64,000 bases of DNA from Octopus vulgaris (GCA_951406725.2 OX597832.1:16740001-16804000); one strand, 5' to 3'. Numbered from the stretch's first letter, positions 45,001-59,529 are shown. Program-made: numbers and translations. Notes: generated by a model not told the origin, from the sequence alone.

Positions 45001-45732
45001 AGCTGTCCTCGTCGCAAAAATTTTGAAATAATTATTGTTGTTGTCGAAGTTGTTTTTGTCAGTGTCATACGTCTTTGTTTTCTAGGGAATTCGCTTGGGA
45101 ATTTTATAACCACTTTCGCTAGTAAACTTTCGGTGATTTTATATATTTGTGTTCTTCCCTTACTTAAAGTTAGTCTTTTTAAACATTTTTTTTTTCAAAT
45201 CGATTGTTAAGCTCTATTGTCTTAACATTACACTGCGTAAACTATTGAGATAGACGGCGGAGTCACTGACAACTCTCACCACAATTTCCTTTAACACCTA
45301 CCCTGGATCTCACTAACGCCGAATTTGGCAACAAATACAATTTAGCCGTGATAAGGTGCTGCTGTGGTCAGCAAGCTGATATATGCAAATTATAATTAAT
45401 ATCCCTTCGTATGTTTCATTCTCAAGAGGTTTACTGCAACAGCGTGTGGCAAATAGATGTTATGTAACATATTTTAGGGAAATATTCTATGCAGCATGAA
45501 CTAATATTGAAGCTCGGTTTTGTGACACCAATGTTTATACATTCGACTAAGCAGCTCTATATAAACAGTTGCCCGATTCACTTCTAAAACCGTATACGTA
45601 TGTGTGCGTCCGCATGAATAAGTGGGTGTATTATATTGCTATATAATATATATGTGGTAAGACTTATGTAGACCTTCATTACGTACTGCATTCTGATGTA
45701 TATAATTTGATTCTCAATATATACATATGTAT

Positions 45733-45766
<34 letters not shown>

Positions 45767-45846
45767 GTAAATAAATATATATATATATATATACAGATAT
45801 ACATATATACATATATATACATATATATATATATGTATATATGTGC

Positions 45847-45885
<39 letters not shown>

Positions 45886-47619
45886 CATTCATGCATAACT
45901 ATATCAATTTAGTTTTCTATCTATCTAATATATATAAGCAGGGTGTACGTGTGAGTACTGTGTGAGAGAGAGACAGAGACAGAGACGGACAGAGTGAGAC
46001 ACACATACAGTGTAAGACACATAGATATCTATCGCTCATAGAACTAAGGTTTCTGTAAATTAAAAGAAAACACTCAATGGGTTTGAAGGCAAAGTGAGTT
46101 ATTTGATATTTCAAACTTTACGAATATCTTGCCATCAAGACTTGGATGAAAGTAAGAGATGAAGATGGAATTAGTTTCGGGTTAGTTGGTTTAGGTTTCT
46201 GTAATTCTATCTATACAACATCTATGTTAATATCTAATTTTCTAATCTTGGTTCTGTCGGCTGTGTCTGTCAAAATCTAAAAGAAAATTTTAAAACAGAT
46301 TATTTTACCTACACTTTTAATTAACATTTCTTATTCAAATAATTGTATCTTCTGTCTATTCAGTACACCTAGGTATCTATTTCTGTTACATTTTTCCAAC
46401 AATTTCTCAATCCATTACTCTATAAATTCCTTCTGACTTTCATCGACAGCGACTTCTACGAGCAAATGTCAGTAGAGGGAATAATAAAGATTCTGACAGC
46501 CAATTCCAAAGAACAGGTGGCTGAAGAATGAGAATTGTATCAGTCTTTGAAAAACGCCACTTAGAAAATTTGACTCGTCATTTGTTGTGTTCTGCAGGCA
46601 ACCTTCATGCGTCATCTTGCATATTGCCTCTTTCTCTCTCTCCAAAGCCTAAAGTTAATTCAGTAAAAAAGTCTGTATTAATCGTCTAATATTTCTCAGA
46701 AAACAAAGCCATATATTCAAGGAAGGAATTTCATTCAAAAAGAGGCTGAATACTTTCAATTTGAACAAAGTCGTCGTATTTTTAGTAAAGGTTGTATTAC
46801 AGAATTCATTGTTGTTTCTACTATTTTATTTCTAAATTATAGCGTAATTTTTATTTGCATTCGGTTTATCAGGTGGCGTAAGTCAGCCTGTGAGACGATG
46901 CATATTTTGTTCCCTTTCACCACATATGCGGCCGTTGCGGCATAATGAGACGATTTCAAATTTTCTGTTGTAATTGCATTGTAAGAAACTCTTTCGGGAG
47001 AGACAGCCAATAATTTACATGGATCTGAATGCAGGCATTATAATAAGATTCACATCCTTTGTCGCGCGGATCATACATATTCTGGACTTTAAACGCCCGT
47101 CATCACCCTAACTATTGAATAATATTCATGGTATAAATTACTCACTGAAACAACGTTCCAGATATGTCTGTTACAACATTAAACGCGCTTCTGTTATCCA
47201 AGGTTGATATACTAATTCACGTGAAAATATGTGTATATATGTACATAAGTCCGTACGTAACATAAGTATGTATGCATATATGTATGGGTGTATGTATTAT
47301 AACACTTATTACAAAAAAAAAGTTGGACGTATGCTTACCGGAGAAAAATACCTAAGCACATAACGAGAGGCAAGTACGGGACCAAATATCAAAAGAAATC
47401 TAACTCCTTCTCAGTTGTTGATTGTTCATTATTACGTTTCGGGCTTTTAATGACAAGACGAAAAGACTCCATAAGAATCCAGAAATTTAAAAAAATAAAA
47501 AGTAGGTGGCGAGTTAAAAATATTAAATTTGTGATGAGTGGACATGTGGAAACGATCGGCGAACACAGACGTTCGGGAAATTCAGGCCAAGACCAATTGT
47601 AATGGGTAACGCCTGGGGG

Positions 47620-47674
<55 letters not shown>

Positions 47675-47727
47675 CGATGGAGGCAGTCATCGTAATTATT
47701 CGTTTGTCTTGTTGTTGAGAGAGTCTC

Positions 47728-47820
47728 CCTTTCATTCCTGATGAGAAGATTGCAACTTACACCGTTTATTCCTTTGGAATAAAACCATGTTTTCTTCGAA
47801 ACATATGTCGAAAGTAAAGG
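47728..47820 (+). ncRNA. Type I hammerhead ribozyme with fully canonical core
   Basis: CTGATGA at 47738-47744. Stem II GAAGA/TCTTC encloses hairpin TTTATTCC-TTT-GGAATAAA. GAAAC at 47798-47802, palindromic ACATATGT stem III, GTC at 47807-47809. Stem I CCTTTCATTC/GAAAGTAAAGG has one mismatch and one bulge. Confidence 0.8.
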
Positions 47821-47871
47821 AATTTTATTAACATCTTCGTTCAACTCCATTTATTTACATACACACACACA

Positions 47872-47946
<75 letters not shown>

Positions 47947-48019
47947 ACAAATATCTCATTTTAACAAATATATTTACTAAATTTACATAAAATGTATCTT
48001 GAAACACTAAAGAGTTACT

Positions 48020-48840
48020 TTATTCAATAAAATCGCCATTGGCTTCAACCACGGCCTTCAGACGATTTCGGAATCTCCTGCAATACTTCTGGGCGGTCTC
48101 TTTGTTGGTGAATACTGCAATCATACTTGCCTTAGGTTCATCTTTCGTGTTACAAGGAGTTTTGTTGGGCCTTCCTTCAACTGTGTCCTACAAATAATAA
48201 TCGAGGGAGTTGCAATCTGAGACCCGGGGACCTCTACCCCCTCAAGCCACTTGATGTAGTCCACCGTGTTGAGTGCGATGCTATGTGGGAAGATGATCAC
48301 TCCAAACACAATACTGTTGATTAGATGTTTGATTTTTATCACTCTCAGTCCACGATTTGGGAACACATACATCAATTCACCATCTGATCCGAGCAGAAGT
48401 TTGGAGAAAAACCAATGCATGTACGGTTGAAAAGCTTTGTAGTGCTGCTTTACCAATTTCCTTGATGTCTTGGGATAGAAATTGGTATTTTTCTCGTCTT
48501 GTATGAGCAATACTGAATATCTTCATGTACTACTGCTTTGTCCCTGGTGATGGTCGTCATTGAGTTCAAAGGAACGTTGGCAATCAAGGGCTGGATCTCG
48601 TCAACAAATTTAGGAGTTTTTGTCTTATTAGAGCGACCTGAATGAGTCTTCCGAGCTGCCGTATCTTTGTAATCACCATTAGACCCATCCAAATCTTTCA
48701 GAAAGAAATGTTCGTATTGGAGCTTCCGGTGCGAATGCCAAGGAGTATAGCATGTTCTTTCCAAATTTCTGGCAGGGCGAATTTGCGTTATCGTGCAGTT
48801 TTTTTTTTCTTTTTCTCACAGGCGGTGCCCAACTAACCCT
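48020..48840 (-). mobile_element. Tc1/mariner-superfamily (maT/DD37D-like) transposase remnant
   Basis: Minus-strand peptides WFFS, DCNSLDYY (compare SPDxNPLDY) and C-terminal RRFRNRLKAVVEANGDFIE*. Confidence 0.7.
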
Positions 48841-48944
48841 ACTATATTGTGTAGTCGACCCGAAATTAATGTACGAAATATAAAATATAGGATTGCGACG
48901 ATTTACTCTTCGAATCTGTATACATATATACATACATACATACA

Positions 48945-48980
<36 letters not shown>

Positions 48981-49008
48981 TCTATATATATATCTATATA
49001 TATATATA

Positions 49009-49176
49009 TAGGCGCAGGAGTGGATGTGTGGTAAGTAGCTTGCTAAGCAACCTCATGGTTCCGGGTTCAGTCCCACTGCGTGGCATCTTGGGCAGGTGTC
49101 TTCTGCTATAGCCCCGGGACGACCAATGCCTTGTGAGTGGATTTGGTAGACGGAAACTGAAAGAAGCCTGTCGTAT
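49009..49176 (+). mobile_element. SINE family A, 5' half
   Basis: taggcgcaggagtgg...gggttcagtccc...gaaagaagcctgtcgta. Confidence 0.85.
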
Positions 49177-50027
49177 ATATGTACATATATATATATATAT
49201 ATTACATTACATTACATGGTCCTTTTACATACTGAACACTTGGTGAAATTGATTAATTAATTTTACCCATAGAGGTATGTATGTACGTATGCATGAATGT
49301 AGGAGCATGTTTTGTGTATACGTATGTATGTATTTCGCAAAAGGGAAATAACCTTTCTGAATCTCTCAAGAGAAATTGGATATGTTACCAGTTCATTGAT
49401 CATCGACATGATAGAAGATGGCGACATATACAAAAATAATACAAAATAATCAAAAATATAATGCACAAGATATTTCCAACGACGCCAACGGTAGGATTGT
49501 TAAAATCCTTTTGTCACAAAGAATCTTTGCATGACTTCTCAATCAAAAACGGAATGTTTACAATATGATCTTTGGGAATGAAGGTTACATCGACATCGTC
49601 AATGTCTAAGGCTGCGCATATCTCGGTCCATTGAAAATATGAAACTGTTTCCGTACAGGTGTGTAGCCGCGAGATATCAAGTACGTAGATAATGCACTTG
49701 AGAATGGTATGAAACCACACAGCATTGGAATCTAGTCTCGTTGCAGGTCTGCGGTGTTATCACTTTTTGTGAATAAATACATAAAAAAATAATGTAATGA
49801 AATACTATCGAGATGAATTCTGAGCGGTTTTGATATTTCCATTCCGCAATTTAATTTTTCTTTTTACTTGGTTTTCGTTTACGTAGAGTCATACATAGGT
49901 ACATACATGCACACACACACACAGTCACACACACAGACAAATACACATACACATACACACACACATATATACATATATATATATATATGTACATACACTC
50001 TCATATATATACATCCATTTATATATC

Positions 50028-50072
<45 letters not shown>

Positions 50073-50797
50073 TTATGCATATAACACACAAACACATATA
50101 TACATAAATACATGTATATATATATACATACATACATATATACATACATACACACATACATGTATGTATGTATGTAGGTATGTATGTATGATGTAAGTAT
50201 GTATTTTTTTTTTTAATTCAAAAAATGATTTTATCACTTCCAGCAAAAAAAACTTTCATCATAATATTCATTTATCTTGACTCTGGCTTTAATGTTGCTG
50301 TAGCTTTTTGCTGCTTTTTTTTTTCAAGTTTTACTTGACTTTTTTTATATTTGGTAGTTCTCCTTTATGTCTATCGATCAATGAATTGCTCAAAATAAAA
50401 TATGATAAATCTCTGCAGTTGCAGACTCGTTACAGGGGCTAAATAATCGTATCACTTTTAGTTGCGATATGTACGTTTTTCTATATTCTTATCTGAACTT
50501 CTGCCAAACATTGCTTGAAGTTTCTTCTCATTAAAGTCGAATAATAAATGCCATTCATCTGCTATAGATAGATTCAATGATGTAAACATCTCCGTAACAA
50601 TTTTTAGGCCCACAGCCAATAAAATAAATATACGTACATATGTGCTATATTTCCCTTTTCCGCCTCTAGATATTCGGCTGTGATCGAAATTTGACATAAT
50701 TATCCTCGTCTACATATATGTAGAAGATATATATGTAGAAGTTATATGTGTAGAAGATATATAAATATATATATATATATGTGTGTGTATGTTTGTG

Positions 50798-50863
<66 letters not shown>

Positions 50864-50888
50864 AATATGTGTATATATATATATATGC

Positions 50889-50933
<45 letters not shown>

Positions 50934-51179
50934 AAATTTGCAAAGGAAAAGATTTCTTATTTCACACGGAATGTCGCCTGTTTACTCACCCATTGCCTAG
51001 ATGAGGCTTATATATGTGTGAATTGAATCGTTTGCGTATCAAGACATATATAGAAGTCCAAACAAATTGTTGCTTTTTTTAGTTTGTTTTAATAATTATC
51101 TGTTATATTATATATAATATATAAATAAACTATTGGATTGTCTTTTGAATGTCTCTATTTTATTTATTGTTGATATATA

Positions 51180-51960
51180 TATAGACGCCCTGATAGATCG
51201 TTAGACACTACACACATTTTTTCTCTCCTTATTTCTCTCCTTGTTTTTTCTGTGTACGTTTCTGTAGAAGAGCATAGGCTCGAAAAGTAAAAGACATTTT
51301 TTAATTCCTGAGCGCTATACTAATATATCTGTGTTTTTTGTACAGCACCTGTCTTCGTCTTTTTTGTGAATTCTCCCTATAGGTAGATATAAATGGATAA
51401 ATACATACACGCATATGCTTAAGCGAATACATCCACTGCAAGACTTATACAACTCTTGTACATGATACTATAATTCGTACGTTCGGAGCATCAGCAACCT
51501 ATGGAATGGAATTGTTGTTGCACTGTCACTAAACGTTATGACAATAGGGAACTACAATTCCACCATTAGGCTCAAGCAAATTCGGTCCTTAATCTTCGGA
51601 AAACAACATGCAAGACCTACATCTCACGAAATGTTACACAACTAAAACAAAACATTTAAGTACAGGGTAATCTTTGAGGCTACTTTATGATCATCCCCCT
51701 TGTATCACGAACAAATTTAGCGGGTTTTTCAACGCGCAGTTTTAGTATGGATTCTAGGTTTTTCTCAAACTTGACGGTTAATGTAAATTCAAAAAATACT
51801 TTATCATTTCCAATGATTTTACTGTTAACTTATTCCCCATATCCAGTATTTGTGTCTTTGTGCAGTTCTTTGTACCCCACCCTCAACTTATCAGTTTGTG
51901 TTTTACTTTAACACGTTTTGATAATTTTACTGTAAATCAAAAATAGTAGTCAATAAAGTA
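51180..51960. mobile_element. pLTR-like repeat with decayed HHR (51259-51293, +) next to a possible PLE remnant (-)
   Basis: TTT-CTGTAGA-A-GAGC-atag-GCTC-GAAAAGTA-AAA has the 57569 HHR layout with core mutations. Adjacent minus-strand coding similarity is weak. Confidence 0.4.
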
Positions 51961-53244
51961 CATAAGGCATTTGGAAGTCAAAATAACTCGCGTTTTTAAC
52001 AGACTCACTCTCATGTTTCCACACATAATGCTTACAGGCGTTTCGTCCATCATTACACACTGTGTTCAAGCTCCGCCGAGTTCAACTTCTCCCGCCATCT
52101 TTCCAGGCCAGTAAAATCAGTACCAGTTTAAAGCTGAGGTTGATGTAATCGGATTAATCCCTTCCCTGAGATTGTTATCTCTGTGCCTTGATTTGAACTG
52201 AATATAATATATTTCTGCATTTTGCATGCAGCTTTTAACTGTCATGAAATACGGAACTTAAATTATTCTTTCGTTGTTTTACATTAATATTTGTATGCGA
52301 ACATGCGAAATAACAGATACTTAAAAAGCACACAAAGAATCAATCACGAAACAAAGAAGAAATAGAGATAATTCCCGCCGACTATTGTAGACGAGGCTCG
52401 ACAACAGTAGAGACTTCACAGACTCCCTCATTTCTGCTATCGCTCCCGCTCGTATATGAACGTATACATATATTTTTGTGTATATAGAGTTTTATATACA
52501 TATATCTATGAGGTGATTGGAGGTACCTTACACTTATTTTACTTCTCGACATATTGTGAAATGTAGTCTTACAGCATTTTCCAATTCATCAATCATCAGC
52601 CAGACACACACATTGTGCATACATACATAGATACATACATACGTACACACATACATACATACACATATACATAGGTACGTACGTACACAAAGCTATATAT
52701 GGCAGTATATATACATACATATGCGAACACATATATGTGTGTGTTTGTAACGAACGCATTTATATATATTATTTATATCTATATGTATTTCTCTTTCTAT
52801 GTGTATATATGTGTCAGGTGCGTATATATATGTGTATATATGTTTGTGTATATCGTTACGCAGACGTACACATATACAGGCTAACATAGAAGCTGTTTTA
52901 TTCTAATCATTTTTTTTAGCTTTCAATACTTATCTGCAAGACATTTTTTTGTTATTTTGACACTGAATATATGCAACTAGAATATACAATTTTGCCTCTA
53001 TGAATTCTAAATAACTGTTCAATATATGAAAAATGTGTTATTTATTCCTGTGGTTCAACCAAAGATTCACACTTACTTTCTTTGTGCATCTCTCCTTCCA
53101 ATTCTGTTACGTTGTCCCTCTCTCACCCCACCTTTCTTCTTGTCTCTCTCACCGTGCATTCAAACATACATATACATGAATACATACATATATGCATATA
53201 TATGTACACACATATATATATACACATATATATATATACATATA

Positions 53245-53290
<46 letters not shown>

Positions 53291-53317
53291 TGTATACATA
53301 TACATATACATATATAC

Positions 53318-53349
<32 letters not shown>

Positions 53350-53382
53350 GTATATATATTATGTATACATATACATATATAT

Positions 53383-53433
<51 letters not shown>

Positions 53434-53434
53434 A

Positions 53435-53497
<63 letters not shown>

Positions 53498-53639
53498 CCA
53501 CACATATATGTCAGTATACATGTATACTTACATATGTACATGTGTATATTGGTTTTGCTTCTGTATATGTCTGTATTATTTTGATTAAATTTACGATTTT
53601 AATATTCTGCGTTTGGAAAAAATTATTAAACTTGTAAAT

Positions 53640-54130
53640 TTTGTAGACATAACGCTCGACCTGCTTGAGACCTCTGTTGCTGTTTCCATATGCCTATCAC
53701 CAGTTTCCAGCGTGCCCATCTATTTTCAATGAACCTATCTCTATTATAAGTAGTCTATGAACATTTTTAATAATAGCACAGAATATTACAACGAGGTTCT
53801 GATTATAACGAATGATTATTGCAAGAATATTTTTCAGACACCTCTTTATATCATATCATTAATCATGTTATAACGAATATTATAAAGGAAAATATATCTG
53901 TAGGTAAAACGAGTACGATGGAAATATACAATACTTGTTTAGTAGAAGATGTTCTTATATAATGAAAGTAACTCTGCAGCGATAAAACTCCAGGATATTA
54001 GTTACCGTTCAAAGTAATTCTGAAGTTAGACTGGCTTAACACTCTGGCTTTCGGGACAGTCTTTCATCCGATTTGACAGGATACATATTTTGGCAGAAAG
54101 TCAAAAGAACGTAAAGTTCAAATTACATTG
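53640..54130 (+). mobile_element. Possible decayed Penelope-like fragment
   Basis: Peptides IFNNSTEYYNEVL and CLVEDVL resemble the PLE thumb and GIY-YIG linker regions. Confidence 0.3.
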
Positions 54131-54826
54131 GCTTGTTAAGTAATCCTGGAAAACATTGGTACAAAGCAGGTCATAGATGTCGATTACGTTTACATGAGGC
54201 ACTTGACATCCTTATCGATAATAATCAGCACTCACTGCTTAATAAACGAAACGAACGAGTTATTAATTGCAGGAATCTAACTAAATTGTTATGTTCTAAT
54301 TACATTACGCAGAATTAGTAATTATCTCTTGACTAATAACATCTTAAGCATCTGCTGTTATATGTAATCTGTCTACGTGTAAATTATGTTTGCAGAAGTT
54401 TAAAAGCTTTCATAGTTTGTCCGTATCTTATTTCTATCCTTCCATCTCTCATTCTCATTGCTTGAACCATACCAGCAATGCCCTATACTGTATCAGGCAA
54501 TCAAGCCAAAATCAGGCAGAAGATTATCCCTGTCACACATTTCATAAAGGCCGGTTCATCGATCTATTTATTGATATTTATATATCAATGCATTTTATTA
54601 ACATAAATGCATATACAATGCATTTTATTAACATAAAAATGGCCTTTTATTGGCACTGTTATTCATATATTTCGTAATACCTTGTATTTCATAAATTTTC
54701 ATAATGAAAAATGTCGGGTGTCTGTGTCCTGCGTCAATAAATCCAGGTTTGTTGAACACAAGTCGATGCAGAACGAAGATAATCTCCTCTGCAAATATTC
54801 TCCAACGACTTGCATAGTTTGCGTCC

Positions 54827-55222
54827 GTGGAGGCGCAATGGCCCAGTGGTTAGGGCAGCGGACTCGCGGTCATAGGATCGCGGTTTCGATTCCCAGACCG
54901 GGCGGTGTGAGTGTTTATTGAGCGAAAATACCTAAATACCTAAAGCTCCACGGGGCACCAGCAGGTGATGGTGGTGATCCCTGCTGCTGTACTCTTTCAC
55001 CACAACTTTCTCTCACTCTTACTTCCTGTTTCTGTTGTACCTGTTTTTCAAAGGGCCGGCCTTGTCATTCTCTGTGTCACGCTGAATATCCCCGAGAATT
55101 ACGTTAAGGGTACACGTGTCTGTGGAGTGCTCAGCCACTTACACGTTAATTTCACGAGCAGGCTGTTCCGTTGATTCGGATCAACCGGAACCCTCATCGT
55201 CGTAACCGACGGAGTGCTTCGC
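54827..55222 (+). mobile_element. SINE family B, full length, with 12-bp TSD
   Basis: A and B boxes intact. agtttgcgtccg at 54816-54827 and 55223-55234. Confidence 0.92.
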
Positions 55223-55980
55223 AGTTTGCGTCCGAAACTTCCTAAACCTGTTCAGAATATATATGCAAACAATCGTGTCGAATTTCGTTATACACGGCGT
55301 AAACAGTGACTGTTTTATAGGTTGGCAGGTGTAAGCACGGAACAGTAAACAGTTTGCTTGCTGAAAGTATAAACAATGCCAGGAGCTCTGTTTAGGCTGA
55401 GGGTTACCTCCTGTTTCTGGCTGAGGAGAGAAAACGCATTCAAATGCCGGTTTCCCAGATTACCGCGCACCGCTGAAACGAGTGTGATGAACACTCTATC
55501 TTCGTAAAAGGAAGAACTGATTTTTATTATGTTGTATACTACGACGAGAAGCATATTTTGCTTCAAAAACTGCCTAGACACGTTAAGATTAAATATGGTG
55601 CAAATAATGATGATTTAATAGTGTTTATCTTTTATTATCATTAAATTAATCATGTTTGTCTTATATCCAATAAGGTGTTACCGTTCTGTTTAAAAACGTT
55701 GAGGTGGAATTGTCGCTGACACACAGGAAAAAAAAGTACTCGGCTGCATTTCTTCTTAATGTTCTGATTTAATATTCCACCAATCAGTTTGCCATTCACC
55801 CTTTCACGACAGAAGAAATAAAATGAGTGGAGCACTTTGGGTCGATGTAATAAACTCGACACCTCCCAAACCACTTAAGACCCTGAGCCTAAAGCGAAGA
55901 AAAAATGTTATATTTTTAATATATAAATTCCGCCGCTATTATTTCCATTTATAAGATTTATTTTCTCCCATTCTTAATAT

Positions 55981-56152
55981 TGGTGTAGGAGTTGCTGTGT
56001 AGTAAGAAGCTTGCTTACCAACCACATGGTTTCGGGTTTAATCCCACTGCGTGGCATCTTGGGCAAGTGCCTTCGAATATAGCCTCGGGCCGCCCAATGT
56101 CTTGTGATTGGATTTGGTAGACGTAAACTGAAAGAAGCCCGTCGTATATATG

Positions 56153-56208
<56 letters not shown>

Positions 56209-56278
56209 TATGTTTGTGTGTTAGACCAATGTAGTCACCAACACAACCTCGCTTGACAACCGATGCTGGTGTGTTTTG
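55981..56278 (+). mobile_element. SINE family A, 3'-truncated
   Basis: Homologous to 35516-35810. Confidence 0.85.
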
Positions 56279-56329
56279 GTAAGAATGTGAGCTGACATTA
56301 ATTTGTATGTTGGGCCATTTAAGAGGAAG

Positions 56330-57400
56330 ATGCAAGCTCCGCAGTTAGGGCGATTTTACTTTCTGACTTGTGGGGTTGCATTTTTGGTGGGTAATTTGGC
56401 ACTGGTGAGTAATTTTTTCGGAATTGCTGTTGTCTCTTGCTTTTGATTATCCTATGACCTTCTAGTGCCTGTTTTATTCGCGGGTCCTTCATAAGGTGGG
56501 GTATATTTTGTTAAATGATATTGTGTGCTCTCATGTTCCTTGGATTGTGTGTTGAAACGTAAGGTAGAGTTTTAAGTGTGTTATGGGGCTTTCTTCTTTG
56601 CCGTAACTCTTGAGTCTCTATCATTATTGTACATTCTAATTCAATTTTGATTAGACTGACTGGGTATTTGCTATCGAGTAATGTGATTAAAGTTCTTGCA
56701 GTGGAATTTCTCAGGTTTCGGGATTTTATGCAATCGTGCAAATTCTCGCTAAGATGAATGGTATATATATATTTTAGTATATTTTGGGTGGCAATAGGAG
56801 AGTAGAAGATATTGTTTTGAGCTCGATGGTTTGAGGAAAAAGTCTGTTTCGATTTCAATATCTCTCTTTATTAATGCCCAGGAAGGGTAGTTGCTTGTTG
56901 CTGTATTCCATTGTAAACTGGATACTGTGGTTAATGCAGCTGATTAAGTTTTTAAATGCTGAGAGTTGTTAAGGTAACGTTTCCAGTTGGTGAATAAGTA
57001 TTTTTGGAAGTTGTCTCCAACTTTCAATCTAGCATGTTCGCATATTTGGACTTTCAGGTATGCCATGACAAAGTTGACAAAAGTAGGCGCTATCTTCGTT
57101 CCCATCGCCGTGCCTGATTTTTGTCTATAGGTGTTTCCGTGGAAATTGAAAAATTTGTTCCGTAGGATGAATTTTATTCCTTCCACGATGGATTCTTTCC
57201 CGATTTTGTCAGGAATGTCATTTGGGAAATTTCCTAGTCAGTATTGTATGGCTATTATTCTGCCTTTGTGAGGAGTCAAGGTGTAGAGGTTTATTACATC
57301 GAATGAAACCAGGAGGAAATCTTTGCATGTTTTCTTTCCGAGATGCTTCAAAAATTCCACATAATCCGGTATATACATCTCGGTATATGTTGGAGAATAG

Positions 57401-57402
<2 letters not shown>
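56330..57402 (-). mobile_element. Penelope-like element RT remnant (pseudogene)
   Basis: Peptides GIKFILRNKFFNFHGNTYRQKSGTAMGTKIAPTFVNFVMAYL, NWKRYLNN, LLDSKYP and LPYVSTHNP, with stops and frameshifts. Confidence 0.85.
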
Positions 57403-57455
<53 letters not shown>

Positions 57456-57568
57456 AGTATGTATGTATAGTTAAAATTAATCCAAACATGAAAACACAAA
57501 GAGAAAACACGATAACACGAGGACGTGGAACAAGTATAGTATTATAGTATTATCAGGAAAGAAGGAGG

Positions 57569-57603
57569 GTTTAACGTTTCGAGCGGAGCTCTTCGTCAGA
57601 AAC
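57569..57603 (-). ncRNA. Minimal type I hammerhead ribozyme in a pLTR-like element (57465-57672) upstream of the PLE RT
   Basis: Reverse complement is GTTT-CTGACGA-A-GAGC-tcc-GCTC-GAAAC-GTT-AAAC: 4-bp stem I, 4-bp stem II and palindromic AACGTT stem III. Confidence 0.8.
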
Positions 57604-59197
57604 ATGGGAAAAGGAAAGATCCAGAGAAGGGAAGACGGAGGAAAAAGACTCGCCAATGGTACACACGTCGTCCCGGACAGTAAAAGCTATCAAAATTAAA
57701 AGATTTTTGACAACTGGATATCTGTTTTAAAAATGTAAAATGCGATAAGAAATATAATTTCTGAAGCCTCTTCGCCGTCTTACAGGTTAGTAGAGGTTCA
57801 GGTTAAATACAAATGGGCCATTGAATATCTTTTATTGCGGTGCCTAAAATCTGAATGATGCATGTTATATCTAGATTCAAATCTTACTTCACAGCTGTTA
57901 GATAACATTTGATTTCAGTCTATCCGCTAACATAATTGGTTGAAGCTCGTGCTTCATAAACAACGATGGATATCGCATTTCTGCCTTAGGGGACCATTTG
58001 ATATCTTCCTACATGTGTATTCACAGCGCATATGGATTATTGTTATATGACATAGCATTATGGCAACGAGTAAAGATAATGTTAATCGTGTGTCAGCTAA
58101 ACAATCTATTATATGTGGATATCTGGTAATTGCAAGAATCTCCTTCCTATATTTGTCCTAAGATTAAGGGAGTAGAAAGGGGAGAACCATACAACTTCTC
58201 TAGAGCTATTCTTACGACTAGATGATAGAAGAGGTGGGTGATTGTAAAATATTTCATCTGTAAAGCCGTTATCCTGTATAGCCTTTTAAAAGGGGCAGCC
58301 TTTCGAATATTACTTTAGAAATTTTTCTTTTCTTACAACACATAAATACCAAGTAACAGGAAAGCAGAGACATAAGAAAAGAAAAGGAAGGAAAAAGAGA
58401 TGGGGGTAAAGCACCAGAATATGAAGTGGAAGAGGGCGATAGGTGATATATTCTACATCAAGTGGGTTCTTCAGCAGCACGCAACGGTAATAACCGCGAT
58501 ATAGTTGCTACAGAAAAAGGTCAACGACACTCGCTGCTGCAGCCGCTCCACGTCGTGGGGCTCATTTCTCCGATGAGCCACAGTTACGGCTCTTGCGGAG
58601 GAAATCGATTGTATGGTGTTCTAGAACACCTGATGTCTTGGCGGCAACCGGCACAAACTGATAGTGACCGGTCAGGAATCTGTATTTATTGTTTGTTCTT
58701 TCCTCTGTGTTATGGGCTGCGGGACTGAGGTTTCTAGCAGATGCTACAAAGTAGGACTCGTAGATCATGTTGCTGCACTAGCGTTCCAGACAAGATGTCT
58801 GCCTCCCTCGAACGGGCAGAGGTTTGTCACGTCGGTGAGATTACCGTACCTGTGGTGCAGACATGCTTGCTCACGTCCAAACGGAAACTCAGTAAAAACC
58901 CCTTCTGATTGTCATTCAGAGCAGCGAGTCGGGGGCATGCAAAGCCTGCAGGGTAAAGGATATTGGACGAATTCGTCAACTAAAGGTACACACCGACACT
59001 TGTACAACTTGCACATATGGAGATCAACACATTATGCTACTACGACAGAGGTGCAATATTCCCTTGGAGTGTACTCTAAATGAAGAACGTACCGTATTGA
59101 CCTAGAGCTAGCTGTTATTTGGCTGCGCCATGGTGCTGGTCTACTGATGTCTCTAACTGCTCGGGGGTTGGCTTGTATCTGATGCGTTCGACAGACG

Positions 59198-59264
59198 TAC
59201 TAACCCCAAGATTCCGAGTTCAATTCCAAGTAGTGACTTGAACAATAATAATAATAATAACAAC

Positions 59265-59319
<55 letters not shown>

Positions 59320-59522
59320 TAATAATAATAGTGATAATAACTAAAAATACCTTAGGAATGGTGAGAACCCAGTTTTGAAATTTCCCCAAGACACCTGAAG
59401 AAAGCTGCAGGATGTATCAGCCGAAATGTTGGGTTAACAACAATCAAGATGAGGACAAATATCCGTTGAATGTAAATAATGTACATAATGTACATATTTC
59501 CTCATCTCTTAAATATAGAACT
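59198..59522 (+). mobile_element. SINE family E, second locus, with decayed HHR at 59388-59437
   Basis: B box GAGTTCAATTCC, (AAT)n linker, GACAC-CTGAAGA-A-AGCTG..CAGCC-GAAATGTT-GGGTT, and the same 3' end 'cctcatctcttaaatatagaact' as 36221. Confidence 0.8.
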
Positions 59523-59529
59523 CTACTTT

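Noticed and set aside
54827-54900. tRNA gene calls for SINE heads
   Set aside because: A and B boxes are present, but there is no acceptor stem closure and the heads run straight into SINE bodies.
58400-59150. GC-richer block with 88-139 aa ORFs
   Set aside because: No recognisable domain or motif. It is probably a decayed transposable element but cannot be classified by eye.
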